Positions 23,540 through 36,117 of a stretch of DNA of 64,000 nt are shown here, piece after piece (the stretch's first letter is position 1; each line of letters begins with the position of its first letter). The notes below the pieces were generated by a model. That model did no database searches. It had not been told where the DNA came from and worked only from the letters and a program-made list of their open reading frames with translations. Both the position numbers and the translations under genes were made by a program. Origin of the DNA: Trichosphaerium sp. ATCC 40318 (lineage: Eukaryota; Protista; Tubulinea); assembly GCA_038496445.1 (NCBI GenBank), contig JALMLS010000520.1:62001-126000 (forward strand). Direction: 5' to 3'.

Positions 23540-23725
23540 CGTTACACTCACTTTCTGTTGTATTGATGTGACCATAGCCTGGAAATGAAAATTGGAATGT
23601 TGGTCCTACTTCAATGTTTCATTGGGCAGTTGGTATCAGACCGTTTAAGGATGATTTTTGGACACCCAAGCACGTGTTTTTGTAATTTCGGTGGCAAATA
23701 TGTTAATGTAATTAGGACTCAGCCT
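23540..23725 (+). pseudogene. Inverted internal fragment of the glycoside-hydrolase-like gene (~61353-61535)
   Basis: Near-identical to the reverse complement of 61353-61535, including intron sequence (HWAVGIRPFKDDFWT exon). Confidence 0.8.
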
Positions 23726-23803
23726 ATCAGTAGAACGTTCTCAAATGAAATAGGGTTTTTTTATTGTTTTTTTTCAACTACACTACTAGCTGGCAAATAT
23801 CTG

Positions 23804-25240
23804 CTATCTCTTTTTTGACCAATACATCATTGGAGAATAAAACGCACTTGAAAAGTACCTCATCCAAGCCCATACAAAACGACGTAAGATATGGAACGGG
23901 AACAATATTGTGTTGAATGATCTCATCATTAAACTGCTGCTTCTTTTCTTGTTTCTGGTGTTGGTACCAAAGCGGTTTTGTTTCATGTTTTTTCTACCAC
24001 TAAACCATCTCTTGATTTGCTCATTATCTTCTTTTTCTTTGATTGGTTGTCCATCCTCAGTCCACTCTTTCATTGTACCACATACTTCCCCATCAACCCA
24101 CATGCCTTGTGTCATGAGTTGTCCGTTTTCATACCACTCTTTTATCTCACCATGTTTCTCACCATCTACCCATGTGCTTTGTCGTAATAGTTGACCAGAT
24201 TTATACCACTCTTTGGTTTCTCCATTTTGCTTACCATTAACCCACAAACTGCATAACTTCAGTTTTCCATTTTTATACCAGCTTTTGCACTCACCATTCT
24301 GTTTTTGGTAAACCATATTTCCTAGTGCCTTAAGTTGTCCGTTTTCGTACCACTCCTTGATTTCACCGTGTTCCTTGCCATCAACCCATGTGGCTGTTTG
24401 TTGGAGTTGTCCGTTTCTATACCATAACCTGCCTTCACCACATTGCTTACCATCAATTATCAATGCTTGTGCCTTAAGTTGTCCATTGTCATACCATTCC
24501 TTAATTTCACCATGTTGCTTATCATCAACCCACATGGATTGTATCTTAATTCGTCCATTTTCATGCCACTGTTTGCGTTCACCATGTTGTTTATCATCAA
24601 CCCACAATGTTTGTGTCTTACGTTGTCCATTTTCATACCATACTTTGCATTCACCACATTGTTTACCATCAGCCATCATTGCTTGTGCCTGAAGTTGTCC
24701 ATTGTCATACCATTCCTTAATTTCACCGTGTTGCTTGTCATCAACCCACATGGATTGTGACTTAATTTGTCCATTTTCATACCACTCTTTGCGTTCACCA
24801 TGTTGTTTATCATCAACCCACAATGTTTGTGTCTTACGTTGTCCTTTTTCAAACCACTCATTGGCTTCTCCATTTTTCTTACCATCCACATAAATGATCC
24901 ATACAGAAAGTTGGTTGTTATCATTGTCATACCATACTTTCAAATCACCACTTAATTCGCCCTCAACCCACATAATTTGTGCACTAATGTTACCACTTTT
25001 ATACCACTCTTTAGATTCGCCATGTAGCTTGCCATTGTTCAAATATTCAATGGACCTTACTTTTCCTGTGTTGTACCATCTGATCCATTTCCCTTTACGT
25101 TGTAGAGATTCATCAAAATGTGTGTTGATTGCTGCTGTCTTTGATAGGGTATGAAATTTTGTAAAGGTCTCCTTGTTGAATGTACAGATTTCTTGTTGAA
25201 TTTCACATGGAAGATCAAGTAACGTCAAAGAAGAAGACAT
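23804..25240 (-). CDS. F-box-like + MORN-variant repeat protein, intronless
   Basis: 478-aa ORF starting LLDLPCEIQQEI, then 24-aa repeats of the type GEIKEWYDNGQLxxQxxWVDDKQH. Confidence 0.9.
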   Translation of the reverse strand: MSSSLTLLDLPCEIQQEICTFNKETFTKFHTLSKTAAINTHFDESLQRKGKWIRWYNTGKVRSIEYLNNGKLHGESKEWYKSGNISAQIMWVEGELSGDLKVWYDNDNNQLSVWIIYVDGKKNGEANEWFEKGQRKTQTLWVDDKQHGERKEWYENGQIKSQSMWVDDKQHGEIKEWYDNGQLQAQAMMADGKQCGECKVWYENGQRKTQTLWVDDKQHGERKQWHENGRIKIQSMWVDDKQHGEIKEWYDNGQLKAQALIIDGKQCGEGRLWYRNGQLQQTATWVDGKEHGEIKEWYENGQLKALGNMVYQKQNGECKSWYKNGKLKLCSLWVNGKQNGETKEWYKSGQLLRQSTWVDGEKHGEIKEWYENGQLMTQGMWVDGEVCGTMKEWTEDGQPIKEKEDNEQIKRWFSGRKNMKQNRFGTNTRNKKRSSSLMMRSFNTILFPFHILRRFVWAWMRYFSSAFYSPMMYWSKKR

Positions 25241-26816
25241 TTCGCCTTTTTACTGAAAAAGAAAAGTAAGAATTTAATGAGAATATAACTATCAGTAGTA
25301 GACGTTTTGTAGGTTTTTAGTTGTATTTAGAGTGTCACGCGATATGGCATTTTTGGGCCCATTGTAAATTGTAGAACGATACAACGTTCGCGAGCAAAGT
25401 TACATAAAAACAAAACAAAAATCACGTGATCGCCAGAAAAGATTTTTACCGTTTCACATTTCTCAGTAAAAAAGGCCAGGAAAATACATATGGTTGGGTT
25501 TATTACATGTAGCCACGTTCTTAGAACGCACAGGCACAAATAGTTTCATGAAAAAATAACAATTTGTTGGAAAAAACGGCAAAATCGTGACACCTTAAGT
25601 TGCCTTGTTGAAAATAACCTAAATTTTAAAGCTTATTGACGCAAATCTTCTTACGCGTACCTGAACTATAATTATTTTTGTCTAATATCTATCACGACGC
25701 GGTTTAATAACCAAATGCGAGTGCTACAACACAAATGTTAGGACTAACGTTCAAAAGAATAAAAGGTGGTGAGTTATCTCATTATCTGAGCGTACGTCCT
25801 TTGCTGCTTGTAGTTTAAAAATGAACTCACAACATTTCTGCTGTTTTTTTTACCATGTGAGTCAAGATGGTTCGTAGCAGGATGTAAAGACAATTACCTA
25901 AAAATTTCCCAACAGATATTGTCGAGTCCGGTCGGAACGGTCTGGTTTTCTTAATATAGTAATTTTTTACCACGTGGAAAGGCGTCATGCAAAACCGTTC
26001 TCAGCAGAGCTGATACCCCTGGCAAACATGTACAACGTACTGTTAAAAAAACTGAAGCATTAACTTGACCTGACTCGCCAATACTCTTATTCACATGTTG
26101 AGTTTGTTAATTTGTGCTTGTAGACTTCTTAACAATGTACAAAGGTGGTTAATCCTATTCCATCAAAGCTGTGAATCTGTTGAAGAATAGTTACTAAACA
26201 CGTACGGCTCACCGAGTCAACGACTACAAGCATTTATATACCATTTTCAAAGGTTCAATCACCAACGGGCACCATCAATTCAATCGCAATTCAGATGAAT
26301 AGACTGCACTTGACAACGCCTTGAGCCCAACTACTACCGTGACGACCGCATTGCCAACAACGTCTCCTACTACTTTACCTCAAACTGCCATGGTCCAAAC
26401 TAGTGTCATGATACCACTCCTCTGATCACACATTGTAGTATTCATTTACACACCTAAAGTGGTAGCTATGTGTACCTTTTGGATTAGTTGATAGGCCGTT
26501 TTGTTGCAAAAGAACATGAATATTAGTGAATATTAGCTAATATTCATATTATTCATTCATATCGGAAGTACATTACTTTAAGTTGCGCCAGAAACAGTGT
26601 GTTTTCCTTGAAAGAGCAAGATAAGCACAGTGTTTCTGGTGTCTGCAAAAAAGTGCTATCTCGTTTGTTTTAGGACCTAATTTACTCGTACTTCGTACTC
26701 GTTTATAAACTGACCGAAAAACTACTCACGTGCTGCTAAAAGGAACAACACGGTTTAGTTTTGGTTTGTTTGTTCAATGAATCAACCTCGGTTACTTTAA
26801 TGTTCTACATACCATT

Positions 26817-28055
26817 ATGGGGGCAAATAAATCACGTGTTGATATCTTTAATGGTACTTTTGAATTATTGCGTACTTTAGACGCTATTTGTAGTGCTGCA
26901 GAGCTATCTGTCGCTTTTTTCTGTTGTTTGGCTGTTTTAATTGTCTAACACAGCGCTACCATACGAGATGTTCCTAAATATTCTGTCTTTCGTGCCTGTA
27001 CACAATCTTGGCATTCTAGCCACCGTTTCAAAACGATGGTGCTTTTCAACGTCTGAAGACAGTATTTGGCGTCCACACTGTACATGTACGGCCCTTTTTT
27101 TATTATTTTATCTAAACTCGGGTATTAGTGCCTATTGATGCGTCTGTTGATGAATGGAAAGCTTGGTACAAAGTGCTGGTACCTTTTTATTCGTCTATCA
27201 TTGATTTGCGGCTAATCCTTTATGAAGACTCAACATGAGTTTGACACCTCAATAAATGCAGATCGCTTGATATTTGGGAGACCTAAGCGATGTCTAACCA
27301 TTCGCAAAAATAATGATCAATATGATGCAACTGTCGCTATTGTAAAGCCTGTCATGAGATCAGGGCATAGTTATATTGAGTTTTATACAGCCACAGTACA
27401 AGATGAAATGTGGATTGGTATTACAAATAATAGCAATAAGCTTAAAAAGGTTAATCAATTTACGAAAAAAACAAGAAAAAGAAATCGAGTGCTTCTTATT
27501 TAACCACGTCACGTGATGTCCTCTATTTTAACTATCCTTACTTACTTGATCAAGATTACTGGCTGGGATCTAGTAAAACATCCAAGCACTATAGCATTTG
27601 TCAGCAAGTTCGTCTCAATGGAAAAAAAACTGCAATACCTAGTAATACTGATTTTTTTTTCTAGTTCCTACAGAGCCACTTTTGAATGTATGGGAAAAGG
27701 TTTCGAAGAACGTGCTGGTGAAAGATCAGTACCAGAGTATGGAAGTTTCGACAAAATAGGAGTACTTGCAGACTTAGATAGAAGAGAAGTAGTATTTTAC
27801 CTCAATGGAACCTCAGTTGGTATGCCAATATAACTACCCTTATAAATATTAAATATGTTTGTTATCATCTCAGGAGTAGTTTCTATGCCAAAAAAGAAAA
27901 AAGATGAAAAATGGAATTTCTTTACAATGACAGATGCTACAGATGATTGTGTACAAATTATGTGCCCTCCAGGACCTAGACTGAATACCAATACAACAAC
28001 TTTGTATCGCAACCAAAAGCATAGTAATGATAAACCACAGTGTACTGCATTTTAG
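26817..28055 (+). CDS. F-box + SPRY/B30.2-like protein, multi-exon, possible N-myristoylation
   Basis: Exon 1 MGANKSRVDIFN spliced to ALPYEMFLNILSF...VSKRW. SPRY motifs SGHSYIEF, MWIGIT and DKIGVLADLDRREVVFYLNG. Confidence 0.8.
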
Positions 28056-28138
28056 ATCAACCTATGTTCACATTCTTTATGTACTTCATTGCCCTTGCCT
28101 TAAATTGCCAAAAACTCTAAGTCATTGTAAACAATTCA

Positions 28139-29038
28139 ATGAAACAAACGAGAATTATTTATTGTAGCCAAATACGTAACTCGAACTTTAGCACAATGGA
28201 AGCAATTACAATAAAGCCAAACCAATATAATCTGTTACAATCAATACCACCAGAGACGTTAACGCATATTCTAAGTTATTTAAACAGAACAAGGCGTATA
28301 ACGGCTTCTACTGTTTCTCACATGTTTAACAACATCATCCGATACAATATTGGCTTAGATGATATCGAAATAAAAGACTCGTCTGATTGTCGTGTTCTCC
28401 AAGGAAGTCCTTTGCTCAGAAATACAGAAATTTCTTGCGCTCATAGGCAAATATCAGACGACGATTTTGCTTGCCTTGCTGGCGTTCACACGCTAAATGC
28501 AAGCGGTGCAACAATAGCTGAGAGTAGCATTGTTTCTCTTGTAAATGGAGGACAACATTCCATTCACAGTATTGACTTGAGTGGCACCGGGATATCAGAT
28601 GTCTCATTGAAGGCTCTCAAAGGTGTACATACAATAAACATTGATGGACATGCGGGCATCACTGTTGAAGGAATAAAACCGCTCAAGAATTCTTATAAAG
28701 TAACAATCACAGAGCCACAAGATTCATGGATAAAACAACTATGGAATGTCAACACACTTGTTTTTCGTCACTGTGGAGATATAACAGATGACGGAATCAA
28801 ATCATTGATAAATGTAAAACACTTGGCATTGTATTGGAATAGTCAATTAACGGATGAAGGGTTGAAATGTTTGGTTAACCTTGAAAGCCTCAGACTTCAT
28901 TATATCTTTAAGATTACGAGCTCATGTTTTAAACATATGAAATCTCTCAAAGTACTGCACAGTGTCGGTAACAAGAGGATTAAAAAAGAGCCTGTAGAGT
29001 CACTAGGGATATCAGTTACAATTAAAAGATTTTTTTAA
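28139..29038 (+). CDS. F-box + LRR protein, intronless (start may be 28196)
   Basis: LLQSIPPETLTHILSYL F-box; LRRs GVHTLNAS, ITDDGIKSL and LTDEGLKCL. Confidence 0.85.
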   Translation: MKQTRIIYCSQIRNSNFSTMEAITIKPNQYNLLQSIPPETLTHILSYLNRTRRITASTVSHMFNNIIRYNIGLDDIEIKDSSDCRVLQGSPLLRNTEISCAHRQISDDDFACLAGVHTLNASGATIAESSIVSLVNGGQHSIHSIDLSGTGISDVSLKALKGVHTINIDGHAGITVEGIKPLKNSYKVTITEPQDSWIKQLWNVNTLVFRHCGDITDDGIKSLINVKHLALYWNSQLTDEGLKCLVNLESLRLHYIFKITSSCFKHMKSLKVLHSVGNKRIKKEPVESLGISVTIKRFF

Positions 29039-29376
29039 ATTGACATGTTTAGTCTCTTCAACAAATACATCAAGCCATAAAGACAGTTTTTCAATAAATC
29101 AATGACATTCACTAGTAAAAAAAAATTCTCTATTTTGAGTATGGTCTTATGGTTGTGCGTTGCAAACCAACATTAAGAAACATCAAGATGTTTCGTTAAG
29201 TCAGAAGGACAAAGTAATGTGGACGGTTTTAAGCGCATTGCGAGTTTATTTACAACTATGGTTTACAATAATGCTGTTATACAACGAGATATGAGTACTT
29301 GCTTTGTAGTATTTACAAGCTTATCAAAGCATTTCAACGAGATACATCAAAAAAGAGTCAAGGGGAACCCTGGTAT

Positions 29377-32300
29377 TTACAAATTTGGGTGCTTGAAAGG
29401 TACGAGTTTCAAAGACGAAGACTGCGGCACATGGAAACTGGCATTTCGTTTTTGTCGCTTCCAAAAGTCTTGTTCTTGTGCCCTCAGCCTTTGTTGCGCA
29501 GCTAGATGTTCAAAAGACTGCTGGTTTCGTACGACTACTTTCTTAAATTCAGCTAGAGCCAATAGATACTGTACTTTGTCTCGGGGACTATCGTCAGGCC
29601 ACGGAGCTTTGCCACACTCTCGTTTTACACGTTTTACAAGGCGTTTTGATACTTTTGGCAAACATGGTTTTAAATCGACACGGTATTCGTATCGACGCTT
29701 TGGTCCTCCTTCGACATAGCTCTCTATGCATTTATACAGCCCGGCTAGAAGAAACTATTAGAACTTGCTTACGTTGAAAAGCGCACAACCAACAAAATTA
29801 GCCTAAAACGACTCGCTGGTTCAGTTTAGCGCATAGGAAGAACGCGTAAACGGCACGAGAAACAGCTGGTTTTTTTGTAGACTTAGCAAATACTTACATT
29901 TAGACCTGCGAACAATAAAATAATCTCCTGTTGCGTTGTCCATAAGAGCCTACGTAGTTTAAATGAAAAACCTACGAAGCAACCGGAACAAAGATCGGGA
30001 AATTTGTGAAATTTCATGTTTTTCCAAACGTTCGGGCGGGAAACCACGTCAGAAAGGTGAACCCCAAAAAAAAAAGCAGAAATCATGAAGAAACAAGAAC
30101 CAGTTGTGAGTAAAATTAGTTTTTTTCGTTATTTTCATTGTACACAATCGCCTCAACGCGTTGGAAGAAGAAACTCTTTTTTTTTTTTTGCACCAATCTA
30201 CCTCTTTTTTTTTTTTGAGGTTTTTTTACAAAGAGAGGCTACAAATAAGAGCTCTAATAATACGTAGAGGCAACCCTAGTATATAAATACCGGTTTAATG
30301 GAGTTTTTGTATCATTAAAACCCCGCAACAACCTAAATTTAGCACGTAAACGTCACGAAGATTTTTGGCGTTTTTTTTTTATCCTTTTTGGCTTAAATTA
30401 GATTTTTTAACGTACTTTGTTTGCTTCAGACTTCTGAATCAATACAATATCGTGTGTGGTAGCTTTCGGCGGATTTGATCCCTATGCAACCAAATTTAGA
30501 CCTTGGACTAAAAAAGAAATCGAATCGGATTTTTTACCCTGTTTCTCCGCTGTAGGATCAACGAGTAATTCTATAAAAAGTCAACGTACCGCCACAGGTT
30601 TTTTAATAACCTTTGCAATTGGAACTGTAGAAGGTTTAACGCATATAGGTACACTAGGCCTTACTACTGTAAGAGGAGAACCAGTAGAAGGCATCGGTTT
30701 CGCAGGAGGCATAGTTTTACCCAAGTTTGCAGGTTTTTGCGTTGTCGATTGAACAACACGTAAAGACACCGCTGATCTCGGTGCTGGAATAGGTTTCGTA
30801 ATCACTAGACGTTGTGGTGCAGGAATAGGTTTTGTAATCACAAGACGTTGTGGTGCAGGTGGTTGTATCATCTTTTGAGGCGTGTGCTTCTGAATAGGCG
30901 TATGCTTCTGTGGTGTATGTTTCTGTATTGGTGTATGCTTCTGTATGGGCGTATGTATCTGCATAGGTGTATGCTTTTGTGGTGTATGCTTTATAACTGG
31001 TGTGTGTTTTTGGATCGGTGGAACACGCTGAGCATTCAAGAGGTTGATCTTGTTTGTTAAAGTGTTTGCATACGATTTACGAACAGTAGGTACTTTTGTA
31101 ACAGGTTGCTTACGACTAAGAGGCTTTGTAATGCCGGCAGGCTAATTTTGTGAGAAATTAAACAAAAAACAAAAGCAAGTAGACACTTCGCTCCTACGCA
31201 AAGTCTGAAAAGAATTAGTACCTTAGCAATACCCTGTTGAGTTGGTCTAATATAAACAGGTGTAGAACCTGTACCTGTAGGCTTTCTCATGTATACATAA
31301 CCAGCATTTGCTCCAGGTTGTACAGCATAGCCTTACAACAGTTAGAGTTGTAAAGGGATAATAATAAACGAGTACCATTACTAGCATACAGCACTCTTGG
31401 GGACTTTTGAGGCAAAGTATTCTTCAAAGGCGAACTATACCGCCTAGGTAACGCTGCATATACAGGTTTACTAGTGTGGTTTGGTATAGGTGGTGGAGGC
31501 TAGTTACAATAAGATTATCTTACGAAAAAACTTCATTCTTCTACGCACTGATGGTTTTGCCTTTTTCTCCTGTTTTTCTTCGTAATTCTTAAGCTCCTCC
31601 GCATAAATATCACTCCAACTTCGCCTTGGTTCAGGCTACATAACGATATTAGAAAAAAAAACGCCTCTGACTTTTTTGTTGGAAGAATACACTTACAGGT
31701 GTATGACCACGCGCTTTACACCAGTGCTTGATTTGACATGTTGTTCTATCTATACCGAGCTCCTCTGCAAGTCGTATACGCAATCTACGAGCACGTTGCC
31801 ACTAAAGAAGAGTAAGAAAGAAACACTCTATAAACAAAGGTACCTCAGAGGATTTTCGTTTTCCATAGTTCCAAGAGAACCAATCCTTCTTAGTCTTTGC
31901 ACAAGCATAAGAAGATCTACCAGGAACATGTCCAATAAGTGGTAACAAATTAGCTTCACGAGTCAAGAATTCATCGACTTGTTTCTCGTTTGAGACCTTT
32001 CTTCGCTCTTCAAGGAGTAAATTAGTTTTTACGACGAAATTTAAAAAAAAAAAAAAAAAGATTGTAACGTGACGTACTGCTTCCATGTATCGAAAGAATA
32101 CCATTTGTATTTCCAGCTTTAATTACATTCTTCCAAGCGAATTTCTGAGGATTTAGATTTTCAAAATATTTACGGTGTAACCGAACATCAACGAATTGTT
32201 CCTAAAGAAAAAACGATTCGCATAAGTTTTTTTATTGAAAACGCCAAAAAAAAAAACCGAAAAAAACTTTTCGGCCTTTAGACCAAAAAAATACCTCTTC

Positions 32301-34110
32301 GCATTGTACTTGCTTGTGGATTTTGCTTTTGGTAAACTAATGACAGTAGTCAGAATCGGGTACATGCTAGTTAAACCATTTTTGCGTACTTTCATGTGAA
32401 TAACGTTATTTACTTCGGGATTTGATTGACCCTTAAACCATACTTGTATACGAAGAGGTCTCGGTTGGCCAGAGCACTTCGGACAAAAGTTAGCCTAAAA
32501 TAAAAAAAAAACGAAAAAAAAGTTTTCGTTTACGGTTATTTCCTAACGTTACCTGTCGTACTACCCAAAAGGGTGGTTTAGATATCTCAACAACATCAGC
32601 AGGTGTAAATTCGTAATGCATAAAGAACCGTATTTTTTTTACAAACACGGAAATATCCGCATCCTACAAAAAACGAACTCATCAGCAACTGCATTTCAAT
32701 AAAAAAACCGCTCAAAAATATTTTACAAAAAAACGAGAAAAGAATTGAATAAAAACAATCAAATCTACAAAAAAAAAATAAAATAACTCCCGTACACCAG
32801 TAGGTCCTCTAATATAAAGGAAAAATTTGTGTGGCGCCCGTCCGCCTTTTTTTTCGGGCTTTACAAGTTGTGTATAAACATAACCGACTATCAGTCTTTT
32901 AATGACATGTGTAGCCGATATAGCATTGCCATCAAAAGGCAACATACCACCCTCCTAATTAGAGCATTAATTATTACCGACATCATCAACTGAAAGACAA
33001 GAAATAAGATTGAAAAAAAAAAAATAAAATTGATAAAATTAAAAAAAGAGTCCCGTTCTCGGCGGTTATTTATTTTTTTGTTTGAATAAACGTACCTTGG
33101 CAGTAATGGTTGCGCCTTCAAGATCATGGCGCTTTCTATTGACAAAATAAGATAACGGTTTGCTCTCACGACAAGGATCATCTTTAGGTACATCGGACTC
33201 AAGCTAATGGAATTAAATAAGCGTATTGGCGGGGTTTAGGAGAAAGTTCTTTTGTGAAATGTTTTTCGTTTTGATTTCTCAAATTCTACAATATCTTTGT
33301 AATACTTACTGCTGGGATACCACACTGTTGAATAGCAAGCTCGTAGGACGAAAATTTAAGCTTGTGCTGAATCCTACAATGGTTTACAAAACCCAACTGA
33401 GAAGCAAAGTTCTCTCGGCCACACTGAGGACACTTGAACCTATAATGAGTTGTAAGCTATTATAGGACCTATATTATGCTGAAGAGTAAATAAAGAAGGC
33501 TAATACGCACTGAACAAAGGTGCCATCAGGCTTTCTTGAAAATAATTTTTTAGGTTTCTTGTCACGACTACGTTTTCTTTTTCTTTTATTAGCTGCTGTC
33601 ATATCTGTCGTAACAAGTTTCGGATCAAACACTTCTATAAAGAATTGTTAGATATAAGGTAATAATAATAAAATAAAATGATCACTCTAGAGTATAAACA
33701 CTAAGTGTAAGCTTCGAATTTTTTCATGGAATTATTTTTTGATTTTTCGCAATTTTTTTTTTTGAATTTCAGTAATTTGAAGCACCAAAGCAGCGAAAAA
33801 AACATTTGAGTGCGCGTATGTGATTTAATAATTGTGTTGATGCGAATAATATGTTATCATAGCAATGTACGCGTGAATAAGAAATAAAAAGTATCGAAGT
33901 CTGCAATTCCACTTTTTAGGCAAGTTTTAGCGCCTTTTTTATGTTTTACGTACTTTCACTAAAAACTTTCGTCAATTTAAGGAGTTTCGCTTCAGTTTCA
34001 AAGATGGCTGCATCAATACGCGCCATCTCTTTCTTTTTATCATCCATTTCAACGGCATATTCCTTAGAGATCGCCTCTTCAATGTGGCGCAACGTTTCAT
34101 CGTCTGTCAT
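29377..34110 (-). CDS. YEATS2: YEATS2-like chromatin protein (N-terminal coiled coil, AHC1-type C2H2 finger, YEATS domain, SWNxGKR helical domain, Pro/His-rich region); multi-exon, 3' end uncertain
   Basis: Exons: IEEAISKEYAVEMDDKKKEMARID; CPQCGRENFASQLGFVNHCRIQH; KRLIVG..HKFFLYIRGP..FVKKIRFFMH..VVEISKPPF; WFSWNYGKRKSSEWQRAR; QKHTP repeats at ~30870-31010. Confidence 0.8.
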
Positions 34111-34187
34111 GACAGTGAGTCAACTGGAGTAAAAAGAACAAAAGCCAAAAGCAAAAGTGTCAAAAAAAAAAAAGCCTCCACGTTTTC

Positions 34188-34835
34188 TTAGTCAACACAG
34201 GAAATGACCCACACTTGCGTCCTGTTTCCAATACAACAAGTGTTTTTCAGTTCTTTACAAACAAAGCAATTACGGTTTTTTTGAAAGTTAGTACCTCGTC
34301 GTAGTGTATAATTGTCTCCACCGTGCTGGTATGATAGAAATCCTTGTTCCTCATGTAGAGGATGTACTGCGCGCTCAGCAGGTTGAACAGGTGTTTGTGT
34401 ACGTGTTGAACATCTCGTAACGTGCTCCGTTGGTTCAATACGTTCAGTTCGTGGAGTGTGCTGAATTGGGTGCTCGCGTTTGATTTGTACAGGCCGGCGC
34501 TTTGTTTTAGGAGACTTTAATACACGCGCACGTACTACTGGCATGTGTTGCCTGCGTTGGTGTTGTAGTATCTTGAGTTGTTGAACAGCCAATTGTTTTA
34601 GCGGAGGGTTTACTGTACGTTGTGTTTTATGCCATTCTGGAGCGTAAGGATCTGGCTTGATACCGCTGAACTGTGCTGTGTCCACATTGCTGTAAAAGTC
34701 GTCTACATGCTCGTAGTCGCGAGAAAGAGGGTCGTGGATGTTGTACAAGTCGGTAGACTCGCTGAGGTCGTCTATAACAGAAATAAAGTCGTCTTCATAT
34801 TCGTTGGAGGCAGAGAAAGATGTGTAAAAGGCCAT
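34188..34835 (-). CDS. Hypothetical protein: acidic N-terminus, basic middle, Cys-containing C-terminus
   Basis: 215-aa ATG-initiated ORF ending with CFVCK...CC; no family recognised. Confidence 0.45.
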   Translation of the reverse strand: MAFYTSFSASNEYEDDFISVIDDLSESTDLYNIHDPLSRDYEHVDDFYSNVDTAQFSGIKPDPYAPEWHKTQRTVNPPLKQLAVQQLKILQHQRRQHMPVVRARVLKSPKTKRRPVQIKREHPIQHTPRTERIEPTEHVTRCSTRTQTPVQPAERAVHPLHEEQGFLSYQHGGDNYTLRRGTNFQKNRNCFVCKELKNTCCIGNRTQVWVISCVD

Positions 34836-35593
34836 TTTTGCGTTATTGCTTTATGACCTGACGTTAAATACGCCAAACACTTAAAATGTAATACAGTTGA
34901 TAAATTCCATTCGGCGTGGCTAGTTCTATTCTATTTCGCAAATAATGGGTGAAAAAAACAAAATTTCTAGAACTGAATGGCTTAGTTCACCTTCTTTTTG
35001 CTACAACGGCAGTTTAAATAATAAATTGTTAACGTTACGTTACGGACAACAATTGAATATCAGAAATCTGATCTCCTTAATCAATGAGACAACTGTGTGC
35101 GCTAATACGACATTACAAAGTACATTATGTGAGCTACAACTGTTTTTACTTAAACAACGTGTTACGCATCTACAATTAGCGAAAACGGCCTTTCCCACTC
35201 ACTGCACTGAAGTTATTCTAAAGCAGCAATTCCGCTTGCACTTTTCTATTTGTCCTCTCTTCGGGAATTTATCTCTAGATAGTGAGGCGCTATGAAAGGA
35301 GCACTCCGCGGTATTAAAACCAGTTTGCGTAAAATGTACAAAACGCATTTCCTTCAATTCCATAAAAAACTTTTGTTGCTTTTTTTCAATTGGATGTTGT
35401 TTATTAGTAAATAAATGTGGAGTTAAACATCAAGAAAGGGTGATGATTGAATATTACAGTGTGCGTGTCAAGCTATTACACCCAAAATGATTGTCTTCGT
35501 TTTTTTTTCTAAAACCTGTCTTCTGCAAACTAAAATGACATACTAGAGTACATGTTGATAGGTATTTGGCGTTGGTTGTTGTTTGTAGCTTTC

Positions 35594-35991
35594 TCATTTG
35601 GCAATAGGATCATCAAGTTCAAGCTCGCTAATTTCTGCAAGAATTTTTGCTTCCTCTGATAACATAACGCGTCGTGCGTCGTGCTTTGGTAATATAGTGT
35701 CAGTTGGGAAAATGATAATACGCGTTTTTTTATGTAAAAATCAGCTATTTGTTCTAATTACAATGTTGTGGCATATTGTAGCGTAAAAAAAGGAAAAATA
35801 GCACGGACAAAACTAAAACCGAGGCTTACCTTGTGTACTTGGTAGTAGTACGCCTTCTGACCTAGTATTGAGACAATGCTAATGCCTAAGAACACGCAGC
35901 AAGTCAATGATGTGTAGGCGAAGCCTCGCATGGCCCAATCACGCCATAATAGCTTCTCTACCTTAGGTGCCTGAGTGGCGCGTCTACTCAT
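35594..35991 (-). CDS. Small single-TM protein (architecture reminiscent of COX14-type assembly factors), probably spliced
   Basis: MSRRATQAPKVEKLLWRDWAMRGFAYTSLTCCVFLGISIVSILGQKAYYYQVHK followed by a GTAAGC donor. Candidate last exon EAKILAEISELELDDPIAK*. Confidence 0.35.
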
Positions 35992-36117
35992 TCTTGTTGG
36001 AAGTAACTGAAACCAGCAAGTTGCCTTAACACGCGCATAAAATGTCAGGTTTTGCTTTTGTAGTTCAGTGACGTGCCTTTTGGGCATTGTTTCGTTTACC
36101 ATAGAAGTCTTATTGCT

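Noticed and set aside
23910-25154. Numerous short ORFs overlapping the repeat genes
   Set aside because: Shadow frames of the repetitive MORN coding sequence.
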